Positions 1 to 9,899 are shown, counted from the stretch's first letter. The stretch: 21,756 nucleotides of DNA from Myxococcota bacterium (GCA_039208735.1 JBCCQY010000162.1:1-21756), one strand, 5' to 3'. The notes: generated from the letters alone by a model not told the origin. Made by a program: numbers and translations.

Positions 1-469
1 GCTCGAAGGCGTCGTCGAAGCCCTGGATGGCCTGGGTGACGAGCTCGAGGTCGAGGTGCTCGGTCTCCTTGGCGGCGAGCTCGCCCTCGGCGGTCGCGAC
101 GGAGGCGCGTAGGGCGTCGCGGCGGGCCTCGATGTCGGCGAGGAGCCCGCGGGCGAGGTCGCTGTCGGCGACGCCCGTGGCGAGGATCTGGCGGAGGGTG
201 CGTTGACCCTCGTTTTCGACGTCGGACAGCTCGCGGCGGAGCGTCGCCACACGGTCGCGGAGGGGGGCGACGTGCTCGGTCGCCATGCGGTTGGCCTCCT
301 CGACTGCCTCGGCGAGCAGCGCGGGCTCGCGGTCGGCCTCGCGGACCAGCGCGAAGACGGCCTCTTCGAGGAGCTCGGCGCGGACCTGGCGGACCTCGCA
401 GGGGTGGTCGACGTTCTTCTGCAAGCCGACGCAGCGGTAGTAGAAGTAGGTCTTGCCGCCGCGACCCGT
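1..469 (-). pseudogene. Large serine recombinase/integrase, C-terminal zinc-ribbon and coiled-coil fragment (5' part missing; runs off the left edge)
   Basis: Not in the ORF track. Manual translation from 469: TGRGGKTYFYYRCVGLQKNVDHPCEVRQVRAELLEEAVFALVREADREPALLAEAVEEANRMATEHVAPLRDRVATLRRELSDVENEGQRTLRQILATG...LDLELVTQAIQGFDDAFE. The YYRC..C..VRAELLEEAV pattern followed by a coiled coil is typical. Upstream of 470 the expected first CxxC pair and catalytic domain are absent. Confidence 0.75.
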
Positions 470-709
470 GCGTCGAGGCCACCGCTCTCGGCCCACAGAT
501 GCTGCGAGGTCGCAGAAGTCCGATCGCACTCTTTCGTCTGTAGCTATCCGTTCGAGTAGACACCAATCTCGCAAGACGAATCCGAGTGTCAGCCCCACAC
601 CGTGGGCGACTCGGCCCATCGATGGGTCAGCCTGGCCAGGTCCTGCCTCTGGCGAAGTTGCTTCCGCGCAGCATTCGGAACGTCGAGTACTCGCGCTCGA
701 CAGCATTGC

Positions 710-1440
710 CTACACAGCATCACAGCCCTTGGCTAAGCGCCCGTCGACCGGTCGGGCCCACGTCGTCTCGTCCAGGACCCGGTAGAGGTCCGATGGCGTC
801 ACCACCGCGTTGAGGTCGGGGGCCGTTTACCAGCGAGCAGTGTGAACAGCTCGTCGGTGTCGACAGTCCAGGTCTTCTGTTCGCCGCTGACCCGGATGCA
901 TGCCAGCGCCGTCTCGACGCGACTGGTCTCAGCCGGTTTTGCAACGCCGGATCGCTCGGCCACCCACAGCTTCACTTCGACGAGCTGTTGGAGAATCGCC
1001 GTCCATCAACCTCAATCTTGTCGGCCATCTTGCGTAGCTCGGGAGGGTACACGTCACAGCGGTCGTCGTAGGAGATGGTCGGGACCTCGTCGAGGCAGTC
1101 CAGATCTGGTGCCTCCAGCCGGAGCAAGGAGGCGAGACCCTTCTGGTTGTAGGTGATCTGGGCACCTACCACGACGGCCATGGACAGGGTCATGCCGTTG
1201 GCCTGTGTTGAGTACGCGATGCGATCCAGACACTCGTTCGGGGATGTACTCGCGGGGCAGAACATGGCCAGCACATCGTCGCTGCGGATCCCGAACGCAT
1301 TGCCCACGACGTTCGCCTGGACTCCGGCGCGGGTGCGACGACGCCAGTTGTGGGTCAGCGTGAGGCGCACCAGCACAACAGCCTCGACTGCAACGGCAGC
1401 CGACGGCGTCCAGTCGAAGGTGAGGAGCAGACTCCTAATC
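710..1440 (-). pseudogene. Probable frameshifted hypothetical gene
   Basis: The protein-like part of ORF 972..1604 (…ASLLRLEAPDLDCLDEVPTISYDDRCDVYPPELRKMADKIEVDG) appears to continue in other frames (QQLVEVKLWVAERSG…TWTVDTDELFTLLAG; PDLNAVVTPSDLYRVLDE). No family recognised; boundaries approximate. Confidence 0.3.
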
Positions 1441-1600
1441 CGGCGACTCGGTGCCGAGACCTGACCCTCATCGAGCTGCGGGATGCGCTGTTGAACGGGG
1501 ACGTCGTCCTCATCGGCTACGAACGGGACGGGTCCGACCGCCACCGAGTCTACGAACCCAATCGGCCCGCCGGTCTCGGTCGACCCATTTCCCGGTTCGA

Positions 1601-3436
1601 TCACGGTTGGCCCAGGTACAGCCGTGCATCCTGCTGCATTCCGAAGCCCGCCATGAAGTCATCGAGCCCGTCTCCGTCGAAGTCGCCTCCGCCGGCGAGC
1701 AAGGCACCGAAGGGGTCCGACACATCACCGATGACCTTGACGTCGGCGTTGGCGAGGTCCAGGGTCCCGGTCGCGACGGGCCCATGGATCAGGTACACGG
1801 CCGAGGCGTTCGAGCCCCCCTCGTCATTGCCCGGGGCATGGATCAGGATGTCGGCGAAGCCGTCTCCGTTCACGTCGCCCGCTCCAGCCACGATACTCCC
1901 AGCGAAATCCTGTTCGGCCTCTCCCACGAGCTTGGTGTCGCTCGCCAAGAAGCTGATCGTCCCGGTCAGCGCGGCCGACCCGTAGATCAGACAAGCCGTG
2001 CCGGTGCCAACTTCCGTGTTCGGCACGCCCAACAGGATGTCGTCGAAGCCATCGGCGTCGACGTCGCCGACCCCAGCCACCGAAGTCCCCACGCGGTCTT
2101 CGGGCGACTGGCCTACGACCTTCATGTCGGCGAACGCCAAGTCCAGCGTGCCCCTCAGTCGGGTGGACGATCCGAAGATCACGTAGGCTGCACCTGCGTT
2201 GCTTCCCCCTTCGTCATTCTCTCTCGCTCCAATGAGCAGGTCGTCGATCCCGTCGCCGTTGACATCGCCCGCCGAGCTCACGGCTCGCACGTCGTCGTCG
2301 GCATTCTCACCTACGATCTCGAGGTCGGCGTCCGCGACATTCAGTGTTCCGGCGAGGAAGCCGCCACCGTACACGACGTAGGCCGCCCCCGAGTTGTCGC
2401 CACCCGCGTCGCTTCCGTCGGCACTCAGGAGGATGTCGTCGAAGCCATCGCCGTCGAAGTCTCCAGCACCCGCCGCGTTGCCGAGCCGGTCGGTTGGGCC
2501 CCCCCCGACGAAGTGGGCCGTGGCGTCCGACAGATCGACGGACCCCGTCAGCGTAGGGTCACCGTAGACCAGATAGACTTCCCCGGCGTCGTTCGACCGG
2601 TCGCGCGTGGCGACGAGGAGATCGTCGATTCCGTCACCGTTGACGTCGCCTGCATTCGCCACGCTCCTCCCCACTCGGTCCGAGTTCTCTTCCCCGACGA
2701 ACGTGACATCGACACGATCCAGATCGAACACCGGGTCCGGAGCGGCCGACCCGAAGAAGACGAAGGCCGCTCCGACATCGAAGCCTCCGCCATTGAACTC
2801 GGTGTCGCCGAGGACCACGTCGGCAAACCCGTCCCCGTTGAAGTCGCCCGACAGTGAGCTGCTCTCGAACCGCACGAAGATGTCGAGCTCGATGTCCACA
2901 TCGGCCTGAGCGGCAGGCAACCTAACGGGCAGCGAGCACGAGGCCGAGCAGCCGTCGCCGCCGAGCCTGTTCCCGTCGTCGCAGGCCTCGCCCGCCAACT
3001 CGTTGAGGGTGTCGTCACCGCACTCGACCACCGTGCAGTCGGCATCGCAGACGGCGGTTTGTTGGGTGTCGTCGCAGTCCTCGTCCGCGGCCGGGTTGGC
3101 GAGCCCGTCGCCGCACTCGGCGACCGTGCAGTCGTCGTCGCAGGTCGGCGAGTTGCCGCCGTCGTCGCAGAGCTCCCCTGCGGTGACGTTCAGAGTAGCA
3201 TCTCCACAGTCGGAAAACGTACAGTCGAGGTCACAGGCCGCGCTCTCGCTGCCGTCATCGCAGTCCTCTCCATCGTCGAGCAAGCCATCGCCACACGACT
3301 CGGGAACTCCGTCGGTTGGGGGTTCGACCTCCACGGCGCGGCCGCTCAAGCATGCCGTGACGACGCACAGCAGAAAGGTTGCTCGGGCTAGTCCCGCGAG
3401 GGGTTGGAACCATGGGCCGGTGCTGAATGCGATCAC
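1601..3436 (-). CDS. Exported, possibly lipid-anchored protein: 4 myxococcal Cys-rich repeats plus a 7-bladed FG-GAP (integrin-alpha-like) beta-propeller, copy 1
   Basis: ORF 1601..3460; GTG start at 3436 follows GGAGGAG (3441-3447) and aligns with the ATG of the paralog. Hydrophobic FLLCVVTAC (lipobox-like). Four CGD..E.CDD…C repeats. Seven D(F/V)(N/D)(G/A)DG..D Ca-binding loops, most followed by GA(A/V)Y-type strands. Confidence 0.9.
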   Translation of the reverse strand: MIAFSTGPWFQPLAGLARATFLLCVVTACLSGRAVEVEPPTDGVPESCGDGLLDDGEDCDDGSESAACDLDCTFSDCGDATLNVTAGELCDDGGNSPTCDDDCTVAECGDGLANPAADEDCDDTQQTAVCDADCTVVECGDDTLNELAGEACDDGNRLGGDGCSASCSLPVRLPAAQADVDIELDIFVRFESSSLSGDFNGDGFADVVLGDTEFNGGGFDVGAAFVFFGSAAPDPVFDLDRVDVTFVGEENSDRVGRSVANAGDVNGDGIDDLLVATRDRSNDAGEVYLVYGDPTLTGSVDLSDATAHFVGGGPTDRLGNAAGAGDFDGDGFDDILLSADGSDAGGDNSGAAYVVYGGGFLAGTLNVADADLEIVGENADDDVRAVSSAGDVNGDGIDDLLIGARENDEGGSNAGAAYVIFGSSTRLRGTLDLAFADMKVVGQSPEDRVGTSVAGVGDVDADGFDDILLGVPNTEVGTGTACLIYGSAALTGTISFLASDTKLVGEAEQDFAGSIVAGAGDVNGDGFADILIHAPGNDEGGSNASAVYLIHGPVATGTLDLANADVKVIGDVSDPFGALLAGGGDFDGDGLDDFMAGFGMQQDARLYLGQP

Positions 3437-3496
3437 GCAGCTCCTCCGCGTTGGGTGCACACATCGGGTATCGTTCGTCGACCTACGGGCAAAGAT

Positions 3497-3514
3497 TGAT
3501 TCATCAGAATTAAG
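3497..3514. repeat. 18-bp inverted repeat arm TGATTCATCAGAATTAAG (pairs with 10977-10994); IS terminal repeat or operator
   Basis: 16/18 match to the reverse complement of 10977-10994; marks the upstream limit of homology between the two FG-GAP loci. Confidence 0.6.
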
Positions 3515-3630
3515 CCTGCCAATCCGGAGCCCCCGAAGCCCGCCGGAGACATCGGTAGAGTGGGGATGAACGTCCCTTCAGAGCGATGACGCGGGCGAGA
3601 AGGGGACGGACTGGGCCGACCGGCGAGCCC

Positions 3631-4210
3631 GTCGTCCTTTGCGTCCTCGAGCAGCCGAGCAACCTTGGCGTACCCGTCCTCGAGGGTGCTCACGGCCTGC
3701 CGCAGGGCGGACTGTGCCGCGGAGGAGGTCTGCTGGAAGACGTTGCGCAGCAGTGCGGCCACCAACCACTGCGCCGACTTCGAGACGTGGGACAGCGCGT
3801 TGCGGATGAAGTGGACGTAGCAGCGCTGCCAGCTCGCGCCGTTGAACACGGCCTGGATCGCTTGACGCAATCCGTCGTGGGCTTCCGACATGGCGAGCTA
3901 AGCTCCACGCAGTCCGCGGCCCACCAGGCTGCGCACGAAGGCTCGCCGGGAGCTCTCGAGTCCTTCTCGGCCACGTTGACGCCCAGCACCTCACGCTCGC
4001 CCTGCTCGTTCACGCCGATGGCGACCATCACGGCGCGTGACACCACCCGCCCGTTCTCGTGGACCTTCGCGTACAGCGCATCGAACCACACGTAGGGAAA
4101 CGCTTGCTCGCCCAGCGGTCGGTTCCGGAACGCCTCGACCTCCTCGTCGAGCACGGCCGCCACGCTCGACACCGAGCTTCTCGACATCCCCTTCGCGCCC
4201 ATCGCGAGTT
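3631..4210 (-). pseudogene. IS256-family transposase internal fragment (frameshift and stop)
   Basis: GMSRSSVS..LDEEVEAFRNRPL..FPYVWFDALYAKV..GRVVSRAVMVAIGVNEQGEREVLG, then SEAHDGLRQAIQAVF.GASWQRCYVHFIRN. These IS256 motifs are split over ORFs 3690..4253 and 3433..3891. Confidence 0.9.
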
Positions 4211-4281
4211 CGCTGGGAGACGGGCGAGCCTCGAAGATGGACATCACCCACAAATCACACGTAGTCTTTCGTCTTCATGGC

Positions 4282-4411
4282 TATCGGTGCCGGGCCCATT
4301 CGGAGGGTTCCGCTCGTCTCTCTGATCGGTCTCGAAGGATGGATCGGGTCTGGTGGATCCGTCGGGACGCCATAGGTGACCCACCGTCGCTCGTGGAAAT
4401 GGGAGACGGAT
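4282..4411 (+). mobile_element. Eroded IS21-like left end upstream of the STAND gene
   Basis: TATCGGTGCCGG at 4282 resembles the TGTCGG start of the IS21 end at 14237. Repeated GATCGGTCT/GATCGGGTCT/GATCCGTC motifs follow. It lies 130 bp before an IstA-like N-terminus (135 bp in the IS21 at 14102-14237). Confidence 0.4.
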
Positions 4412-7060
4412 GTGCCGAGAAGAGTTGAACTCGAGAGACTTCAGCGGTTGGTGCGCCTCCATCGCTCCGGGAACAGCGCTCGGGCAATCGCGAAGACACT
4501 TGGAATGAGCAGGAACACGATTCGTCGCTACGCCGCTGCTCTGCAGGTAGCGGAGCTGCTAGACGGCGACCCGGACGAGGTACCTAGAGTTGCGGCCCTG
4601 CACAATGCCTTGAAAGGCCTCTCAACGAAACTGAAGACTCCGTCACGCACTTTGGTTCCACAGGCTCAGGCACCAAGCGCCGGCGGTCACGCTCCGCAAC
4701 CGTGGGTACCCACACTGGACGAGGCGATCCCGCTCATCGGTCGCCAGCGCGAAAGACGATCTGCGAGGCAGCTCATGGAGCGCTCCGTTCGCCTTCTCAC
4801 CTTGTGGGGGCCTCCCGGCATCGGTAAGACCCGGCTGGCTTGTGCTCTCGTTCAGGATGTCGCGCCCGCCGCGTTCCTCTCGTTGCAGAGCATTGCGGAT
4901 GTAGAGGACTTGAACGCCTTGGTCGAGCCTCGTCTCGCGTCTCGTACTCGTGGATGGGTTGTCCTCGACAATCTGGAGCACTTGCTCAGCGGGCCGAACG
5001 AGGGCCAAGCGGTAGTCGAGCGCATTCAGCGGTGGCTTTCCGATGCGCCTGGCGTGAGCTTCCTGGTAACCAGCCGTCGCCGAATTCATCTACCTCACGA
5101 ACACGCGCTCGAGCTTCTTCCGCTCGATCCAACTGACGCTGTCGAGCTGTTCGTTCAGTGCGTAAGACGCCGCAGCTACGACCTGGAGACCGACGATGGG
5201 GAGTTGCACGAGTTGGTCCAGGTGCTCGAAGGACTGCCCTTGGCGATCGAGCTCGCTGCGGCGCGCTGGGAGTTGCTTGGTACACGTGGGTTGATTGACC
5301 GGATGTCAGGCTCCATTCAGCTCTTGACGCATCCTCGACCCATCGACGCCAAGCACGCGACGTTACGACGGGCAATCGCCTGGTCCTGGAGTCTGCTGAG
5401 CGAAGAGGACCAGCGAGCGCTCGAAGCCCTCTGCACCTTCCGCGAGAGGTTCGGCATCAGCGACGCGGAGGCCCTGCTGGGGCCTGATGCGCTCTGTCGG
5501 TTGGGAGTCATTCGTGACCATGCGTTGGTCCGCGTCCCCGTTCCAGGGCAGTTTGAGGTGCTGGCAAGTATCAAGACCTTCATTCGCAACGAGGTCACTC
5601 GTGAGAGGGCGGAGGCTCTCGCGGATGCACATGCGGAGTGGTTGCTGCAGCGCTTTCCGGACCCCGATCGACCTGCCGCCCTCGGTGTAGTGCGGGCTGA
5701 CCTTCAGTCGGCGGCCCGGCACCTCGTCCGGCGGAAAGACCCACGAGCTGGCCACCTGCTGGAGCTACTGAACAAGGTCGATCGGCCATGTCACGGTGAT
5801 CTGATCGATCAGGCGCTTGCGCAACACGACTCGGCGCGTCTTCGTCTCGTGCGAAGCCGGGTCCGATTCTGGGCCGGACGGTTCGACGCCGCTCGAGACG
5901 ACGCTGAGACTGGCCTCGTGATGGCGCCCGATCGTGCAACGAAAGCTTGGCTGCACATGTCGCTCGGTGCCGTCGCTCATCACTTTGGTGACCTAGAGGC
6001 GGCCGAGAAGCAGTATGAGGCTGCGCTCGCAAACGCCGACACGGCGGGTGTTCCGCGTACCGAGGCGGTCGCTCTGATCAACCTGGCTATGCTCGACTAC
6101 CATCACGATCGATTCGAGTCGTCGGAGGAGCGGTACCAGCTCGCCGACTTGAAGTGTCGGACGATCGGCGACCACCAGCTCCAGGCGAGAGCGGTAATGA
6201 ACAGAAGCATGCTGTTGTTTCGGCAGGGCATGCTCACGGCGGCCGAGACATCCCTCTGCTCGGTGATCGAGATCTTCGAGCAAGCAAGGGACTATGAGCT
6301 GTCGGCCAAAGCCAAGTTTGCCCTCGGGCTCGTGTACCACGAGCAAGGTCGGCTCTCGAAGTCGCTCGAGACGCACGAGCAGGCCTGGGACCACCTGCAA
6401 CACTCACCGGATGCCCTTTCCCGAGGCATGTGTCTCGCCGCCTTAGCCGGAGCTTTGGCGGCCCTCGGCGACCCTTCGACCGCTCGCCACCACCTCGACA
6501 GAGCCATGGGTATCGTCGGTCCAGCGGGACACGATGCAACGCAGCGGTTCATCGAGCTGTTCTATGCCTTCGTGGATCAGGCGGAGGGGCGAGACGAAGC
6601 AGTGAAAGACAGGCTGCGGGCGGCTCACGACCATGTCGTGTTGCGTGCCATCGCGCGAAGTGTAACGCGGATCTTGCGGCAGACGACGCCAGGCGTGAGT
6701 TCGGTTCTAGAGGTAGGACCCGATTGGTTTGTTCCTCCAATGGGAGAACGGGTGAATCTGAGCCGCCACGCGTCCCTCTGTCGAATGTTCCACGCGTTGG
6801 TGAACACTGCGGAAACCGGCGGTGTCATCGACGTCGATGGGCTATTCGGTGCAGGGTGGCCCCATGAGCAGGTCGCTCTTCAGTCGGCTCACAATCGGGT
6901 CCACGTCAACTTGGTCAAGCTACGCAATCTTGGACTTCGAGACTTGATCCTCCGCGCCAACGGAGGCTACCAGCTGGATCCTACGGTGGATGTGGCCTGG
7001 AGGGGCAGCGAAGGCGCCAGACCCAAGACAAGCGCATGTTCGAACTGCCGAACCGCCTGA
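4412..7060 (+). CDS. STAND-class (AfsR/COG3903-like) ATPase with TPRs and C-terminal winged helix; N-terminal IS21-transposase-like HTH
   Basis: GTG at 4412 after GGGAG. Walker A LWGPPGIGKTRLA, Walker B VVLDNLEH, LVTSR, GLPLAIELAAAR, TLRRAIAWSWSLLS. TPR-like helices (LGAVAHHFGDLEAAEKQYEAAL; LGLVYHEQGRLSKSLETHEQA). C-terminal LFGAGWPHE…NRVHVNLVKLRNLGL…GGYQLDP. Confidence 0.88.
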   Translation: MPRRVELERLQRLVRLHRSGNSARAIAKTLGMSRNTIRRYAAALQVAELLDGDPDEVPRVAALHNALKGLSTKLKTPSRTLVPQAQAPSAGGHAPQPWVPTLDEAIPLIGRQRERRSARQLMERSVRLLTLWGPPGIGKTRLACALVQDVAPAAFLSLQSIADVEDLNALVEPRLASRTRGWVVLDNLEHLLSGPNEGQAVVERIQRWLSDAPGVSFLVTSRRRIHLPHEHALELLPLDPTDAVELFVQCVRRRSYDLETDDGELHELVQVLEGLPLAIELAAARWELLGTRGLIDRMSGSIQLLTHPRPIDAKHATLRRAIAWSWSLLSEEDQRALEALCTFRERFGISDAEALLGPDALCRLGVIRDHALVRVPVPGQFEVLASIKTFIRNEVTRERAEALADAHAEWLLQRFPDPDRPAALGVVRADLQSAARHLVRRKDPRAGHLLELLNKVDRPCHGDLIDQALAQHDSARLRLVRSRVRFWAGRFDAARDDAETGLVMAPDRATKAWLHMSLGAVAHHFGDLEAAEKQYEAALANADTAGVPRTEAVALINLAMLDYHHDRFESSEERYQLADLKCRTIGDHQLQARAVMNRSMLLFRQGMLTAAETSLCSVIEIFEQARDYELSAKAKFALGLVYHEQGRLSKSLETHEQAWDHLQHSPDALSRGMCLAALAGALAALGDPSTARHHLDRAMGIVGPAGHDATQRFIELFYAFVDQAEGRDEAVKDRLRAAHDHVVLRAIARSVTRILRQTTPGVSSVLEVGPDWFVPPMGERVNLSRHASLCRMFHALVNTAETGGVIDVDGLFGAGWPHEQVALQSAHNRVHVNLVKLRNLGLRDLILRANGGYQLDPTVDVAWRGSEGARPKTSACSNCRTA

Positions 7061-8837
7061 TTTTCTCAAAAACCGCGCTCAGGCTTCGCCTGTCCGGTAG
7101 ACCGGGAAGCGGTTCGGCATGGACAGGCGGTATCGGACCTCGGACTCGTGCTGCAGGGTGAGAGGTGCCCGCCAATCCGCCTCATTGCGTCTTGGCGGGC
7201 TCGAGCTACGTCGCGAGAAGTCGGCAGAGGGCAGGGAGCTGGGAGCGCCAGGCCAACAGGCGCCAGATCCGTCGTCGGCCGCTTCGGAGGATTTGGGCAG
7301 GGATATCGATGACGGACTGCCGGAACGACCGGAAGTCCATGCGAAGCCAGCGACGGCGCTCCTCCTCGTGGCGCTCCCGCCACCGGTCGGCGATCGGCAA
7401 CGACAGGGCCATCCAGGTCTTGAACGACCAAGCCAGGGCGGCCATGACCATGTAGGCGCCGTTGGCGAGCAGGGTGTTGACGGGGGCGTGCAAGGCACGC
7501 GCCCCGTTCTTGAGCTGCTCGATCAGGTTCTCCTGGTCGCAGCGGTCGTTGGCCTCGAAGACGACCTGCTCCGCGGAGAGCTGCCGGTCGTTGGTGAGGT
7601 AGAAGAAGTACCGCACCTCGTCGAACAGGGCGTTGTCGCCGCGCTCGACCGAGAGGTTCTTGCGCACGACGACCATGCGGTAGGGTCGCGAGCAGGCACG
7701 AGGCTGGTAGTCGAACTCCGCGATGTCCTCGGACCGGAGCCGAAGCACCTTGTATTCGCGCTCCCGAACCCACGTGGCCTTGACGTTGGTGGGCCGGGCC
7801 CGCCGCTGCTCGGCTTCGACGAAGGCCCCCTTCGCTCGACGCATCAGCTCACGGAACTCGGTGTCCTCGAGCCCTTCCGCGCGTCGAACGAGGTTGGCTC
7901 TTGCGTCGTAGCCGAAGACGAAGTGCACTCCATCGTCGTCCCAGCCATCTAGGAACCGGGTCTGTGAGAAGTCCGTGTCGCCTCGAAGCAGGACGCCCGC
8001 GAACCCGGCCTCTCGGCACCACGCGATCGCACGGCCCAGGTAGGGCGCCGCCCTTTCGTTGGAGCCTCGATTGCCAGGTCGATTGACCACGTACATCGGC
8101 TCCCCGTGTTCGACAGCGACACGACGAGCGGATGGTAGCCCCACACGCCGTTGTAGGACATCACCATGCCCTGCTTGCACTCCGCCGTGCTCGGCACCAA
8201 CGTCCCGTCCACATCGAGCTTGGCGGTCGCGGCGGTGAACGACGCGGGCTGCCGTTTCCAGACCTCCACTCGACTCGCATTGAGCGCGTCCTGCAGTGCG
8301 TCGAGATGGGTTGCCGAGAAGCGCCGGCAGAAGTCGCCCGCCGTGGTCGGGTCCGGGAGCGCCTCGACCCCCAGCGCGTCGAGAAACGCCTCGTCGTTGC
8401 GTCGCACCTCGATGTCCTCGAGCGAACGCCCGCCGCACAGTACGTTGTAGGCGATGTTCAGCACATGGTCCGACTCGTGGTATGGCCGATGCTGCTTCAA
8501 TACGCGCACCTGGTCGTCAATCCGATCGACGAGCCCCGAGTCGACCACCACCTGGTGCGCCACCGCCAGACCGCCGTGCGGCATCGCGGCCACGCGCTCC
8601 GACATCTCGTACGTCACCTTTGTCCTCGGCAATACTGGCCGTCCCGTGTCCGTTCGCCTTCTCGCCTGCGTCAACCGTCGACGGATCCGGCGTTGCTTCT
8701 TCTTCGCCTGTCGAGCTACGGTTCGGTTCACCTTGGGATCTCGCTGGGTAGGGGTTCGGTGTTTAGGCAAACCCCTCCTACCCAGCTCCCCAGGCTTTTC
8801 CCTCATCGCCTTGCCACGGTGACCACTTGTTCAGGGG
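7021..8837 (-). mobile_element. IS1380-family element, about 1.8 kb
   Basis: Contains an IS1380-type transposase. Imperfect terminal IRs CCCAAGACAAGCG (7022-7034) and CCCTGAACAAGTG (reverse complement of 8824-8836), 9/13 match. Flanks CCAG (7017-7020) and CTAG (8838-8841) may be a degenerate target duplication. Confidence 0.7.
7206..8731 (-). pseudogene. IS1380-family transposase with one frameshift near 8102-8105
   Basis: N-half in ORF 7949..8806 (GTG at 8731; HESDHVLNIAYN.LCGG..LEDIE.RRND; PDPTTAGDFCRRF; LDVDGT; WGYHPL). C-half in ORF 7206..8438 (NRPGN; LLRGDTDFS; RCDQENLIEQLKNG). One extra G in the G4 run restores SNTG-EPMY. Confidence 0.88.
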
Positions 8838-8853
8838 CTAGAAGAAGAGCTGA

Positions 8854-9054
8854 TACCATCCTAAATGACACTTGATCGGAAACCCCGGATCGTGGCGTGT
8901 GATCCCTCCGTTGACGGGAGGGAAGGAGCCGAAGGCGTACCCCATCGAGCTGCGTGAGCGGGTAGTGAAGGCAGTCCTGGAGGACGGTCTGTCGTACAAA
9001 GAAGCTGCCGAGCGCTTTTGTGTCGGGCGAGCGTCGGTCAGCTGATGGCTCTGA
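8854..9054 (+). mobile_element. IS630-family left-end remnant with truncated HTH ORF
   Basis: From 8929: PKAYPIELRERVVKAVLEDGLSYKEAAERFCVGRASVS*WL (stop at 9043). The AY..LRERVV…AAERF.VG.A.V..W pattern is the IS630 N-terminus; a TA-initiated putative end lies at 8854. Confidence 0.75.
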
Positions 9055-9389
9055 CGTGCTGCCTAGGGCGCTGACCGCTCGAGTTGACCGGGCTCGATCA
9101 AGTTTGACTATGGATCTCTCGCGGGGTCTGGTGGGCTCGTGATCGCGAGCCCGACGTCTCTAGAGTGAGTTTAAGCTCGATTAGGCTGACGGCGCGTAGT
9201 TCAGAGGGCATGACTGGATGAATGGAGACACAATCTGGGTCTGCACTTCCCAGCGTTGCTCAAGTGGGACATGAACAGGCCTTGCCTTGTCTCGCCCGTC
9301 CGCTCACGTACGAGGTCTCCTGTACCCTTCGTGTCGCGGATGCAGCTGACACGTCCCCCTAGCCCTTGTACCCAAAGTGGAGACCTAGC

Positions 9390-9875
9390 ATGCGTAAGCT
9401 CGTGGCCACGTTGTTGACTGCCTTCCTCCTCGTAGTGTCCCCTGCCTGGGCGGCCGATTTCACCGGCACCTGGGTGCTCGATCACTCCGCATCGGACTCC
9501 CCCGAAGAGCTGCTCAAGGCCCAAGGGATGAGCATGATCAAGCGTAAAGCTGTAGCCAAGCTCGACGTTACACAAAAGGTGACTCAGGAGGGTAACGTCA
9601 TGACGTTTGAAGTCGTGACCTCGAAGAAGACCAAGACGAACACTCTGCACGTCGACGGCGAGGTCCGGACCGTCGAAGGCGACCGCGGCAGCGCTCGTGT
9701 CCGGCACGTTTGGGAGGGTGACGACCTCGTCTCCACTTCGATTACGGACGAGACCACCATCGTTACCCGCCGGACGCTCTCTGACGGAGGACGCACCATG
9801 ACGCAGCGCTTCACACTTACTCCGAAGGATGGCAGCACGATCTCGATCAATCGGGTGTTCCGGATGCGGGATTGA
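9390..9875 (+). CDS. Secreted calycin, FABP/CRABP-like lipid-binding protein (161 aa)
   Basis: ATG at 9390 after GGAG. Signal peptide MRKLVATLLTAFLLVVSPAWA. Mature DFTGTWVL..S…EELLKAQG…RK (GxW motif plus two-helix cap), then beta strands, WEGD.LV, TRRTLSDG and a terminal RVF. Confidence 0.75.
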   Translation: MRKLVATLLTAFLLVVSPAWAADFTGTWVLDHSASDSPEELLKAQGMSMIKRKAVAKLDVTQKVTQEGNVMTFEVVTSKKTKTNTLHVDGEVRTVEGDRGSARVRHVWEGDDLVSTSITDETTIVTRRTLSDGGRTMTQRFTLTPKDGSTISINRVFRMRD

Positions 9876-9899
9876 TCGTGCCGATCACGCCGGTTGATT

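Noticed and set aside
1451..2857. Long antisense ORFs (also 10952..12205, 13353..14819, 18439..20502, 7119..7952)
   Set aside because: Shadow frames of real GC-rich genes on the opposite strand, with no motifs of their own.
8102..8105. Programmed frameshift in the IS1380 transposase
   Set aside because: IS1380 transposases are normally single ORFs and there is no slippery heptamer; a 1-nt loss in a G run (mutation or sequencing error) is simpler.
9133..9152. Near-palindrome GGGCTCGTGATCGCGAGCCC as a terminator or REP
   Set aside because: Single copy, no U-tract, no gene ending immediately upstream; function cannot be supported.
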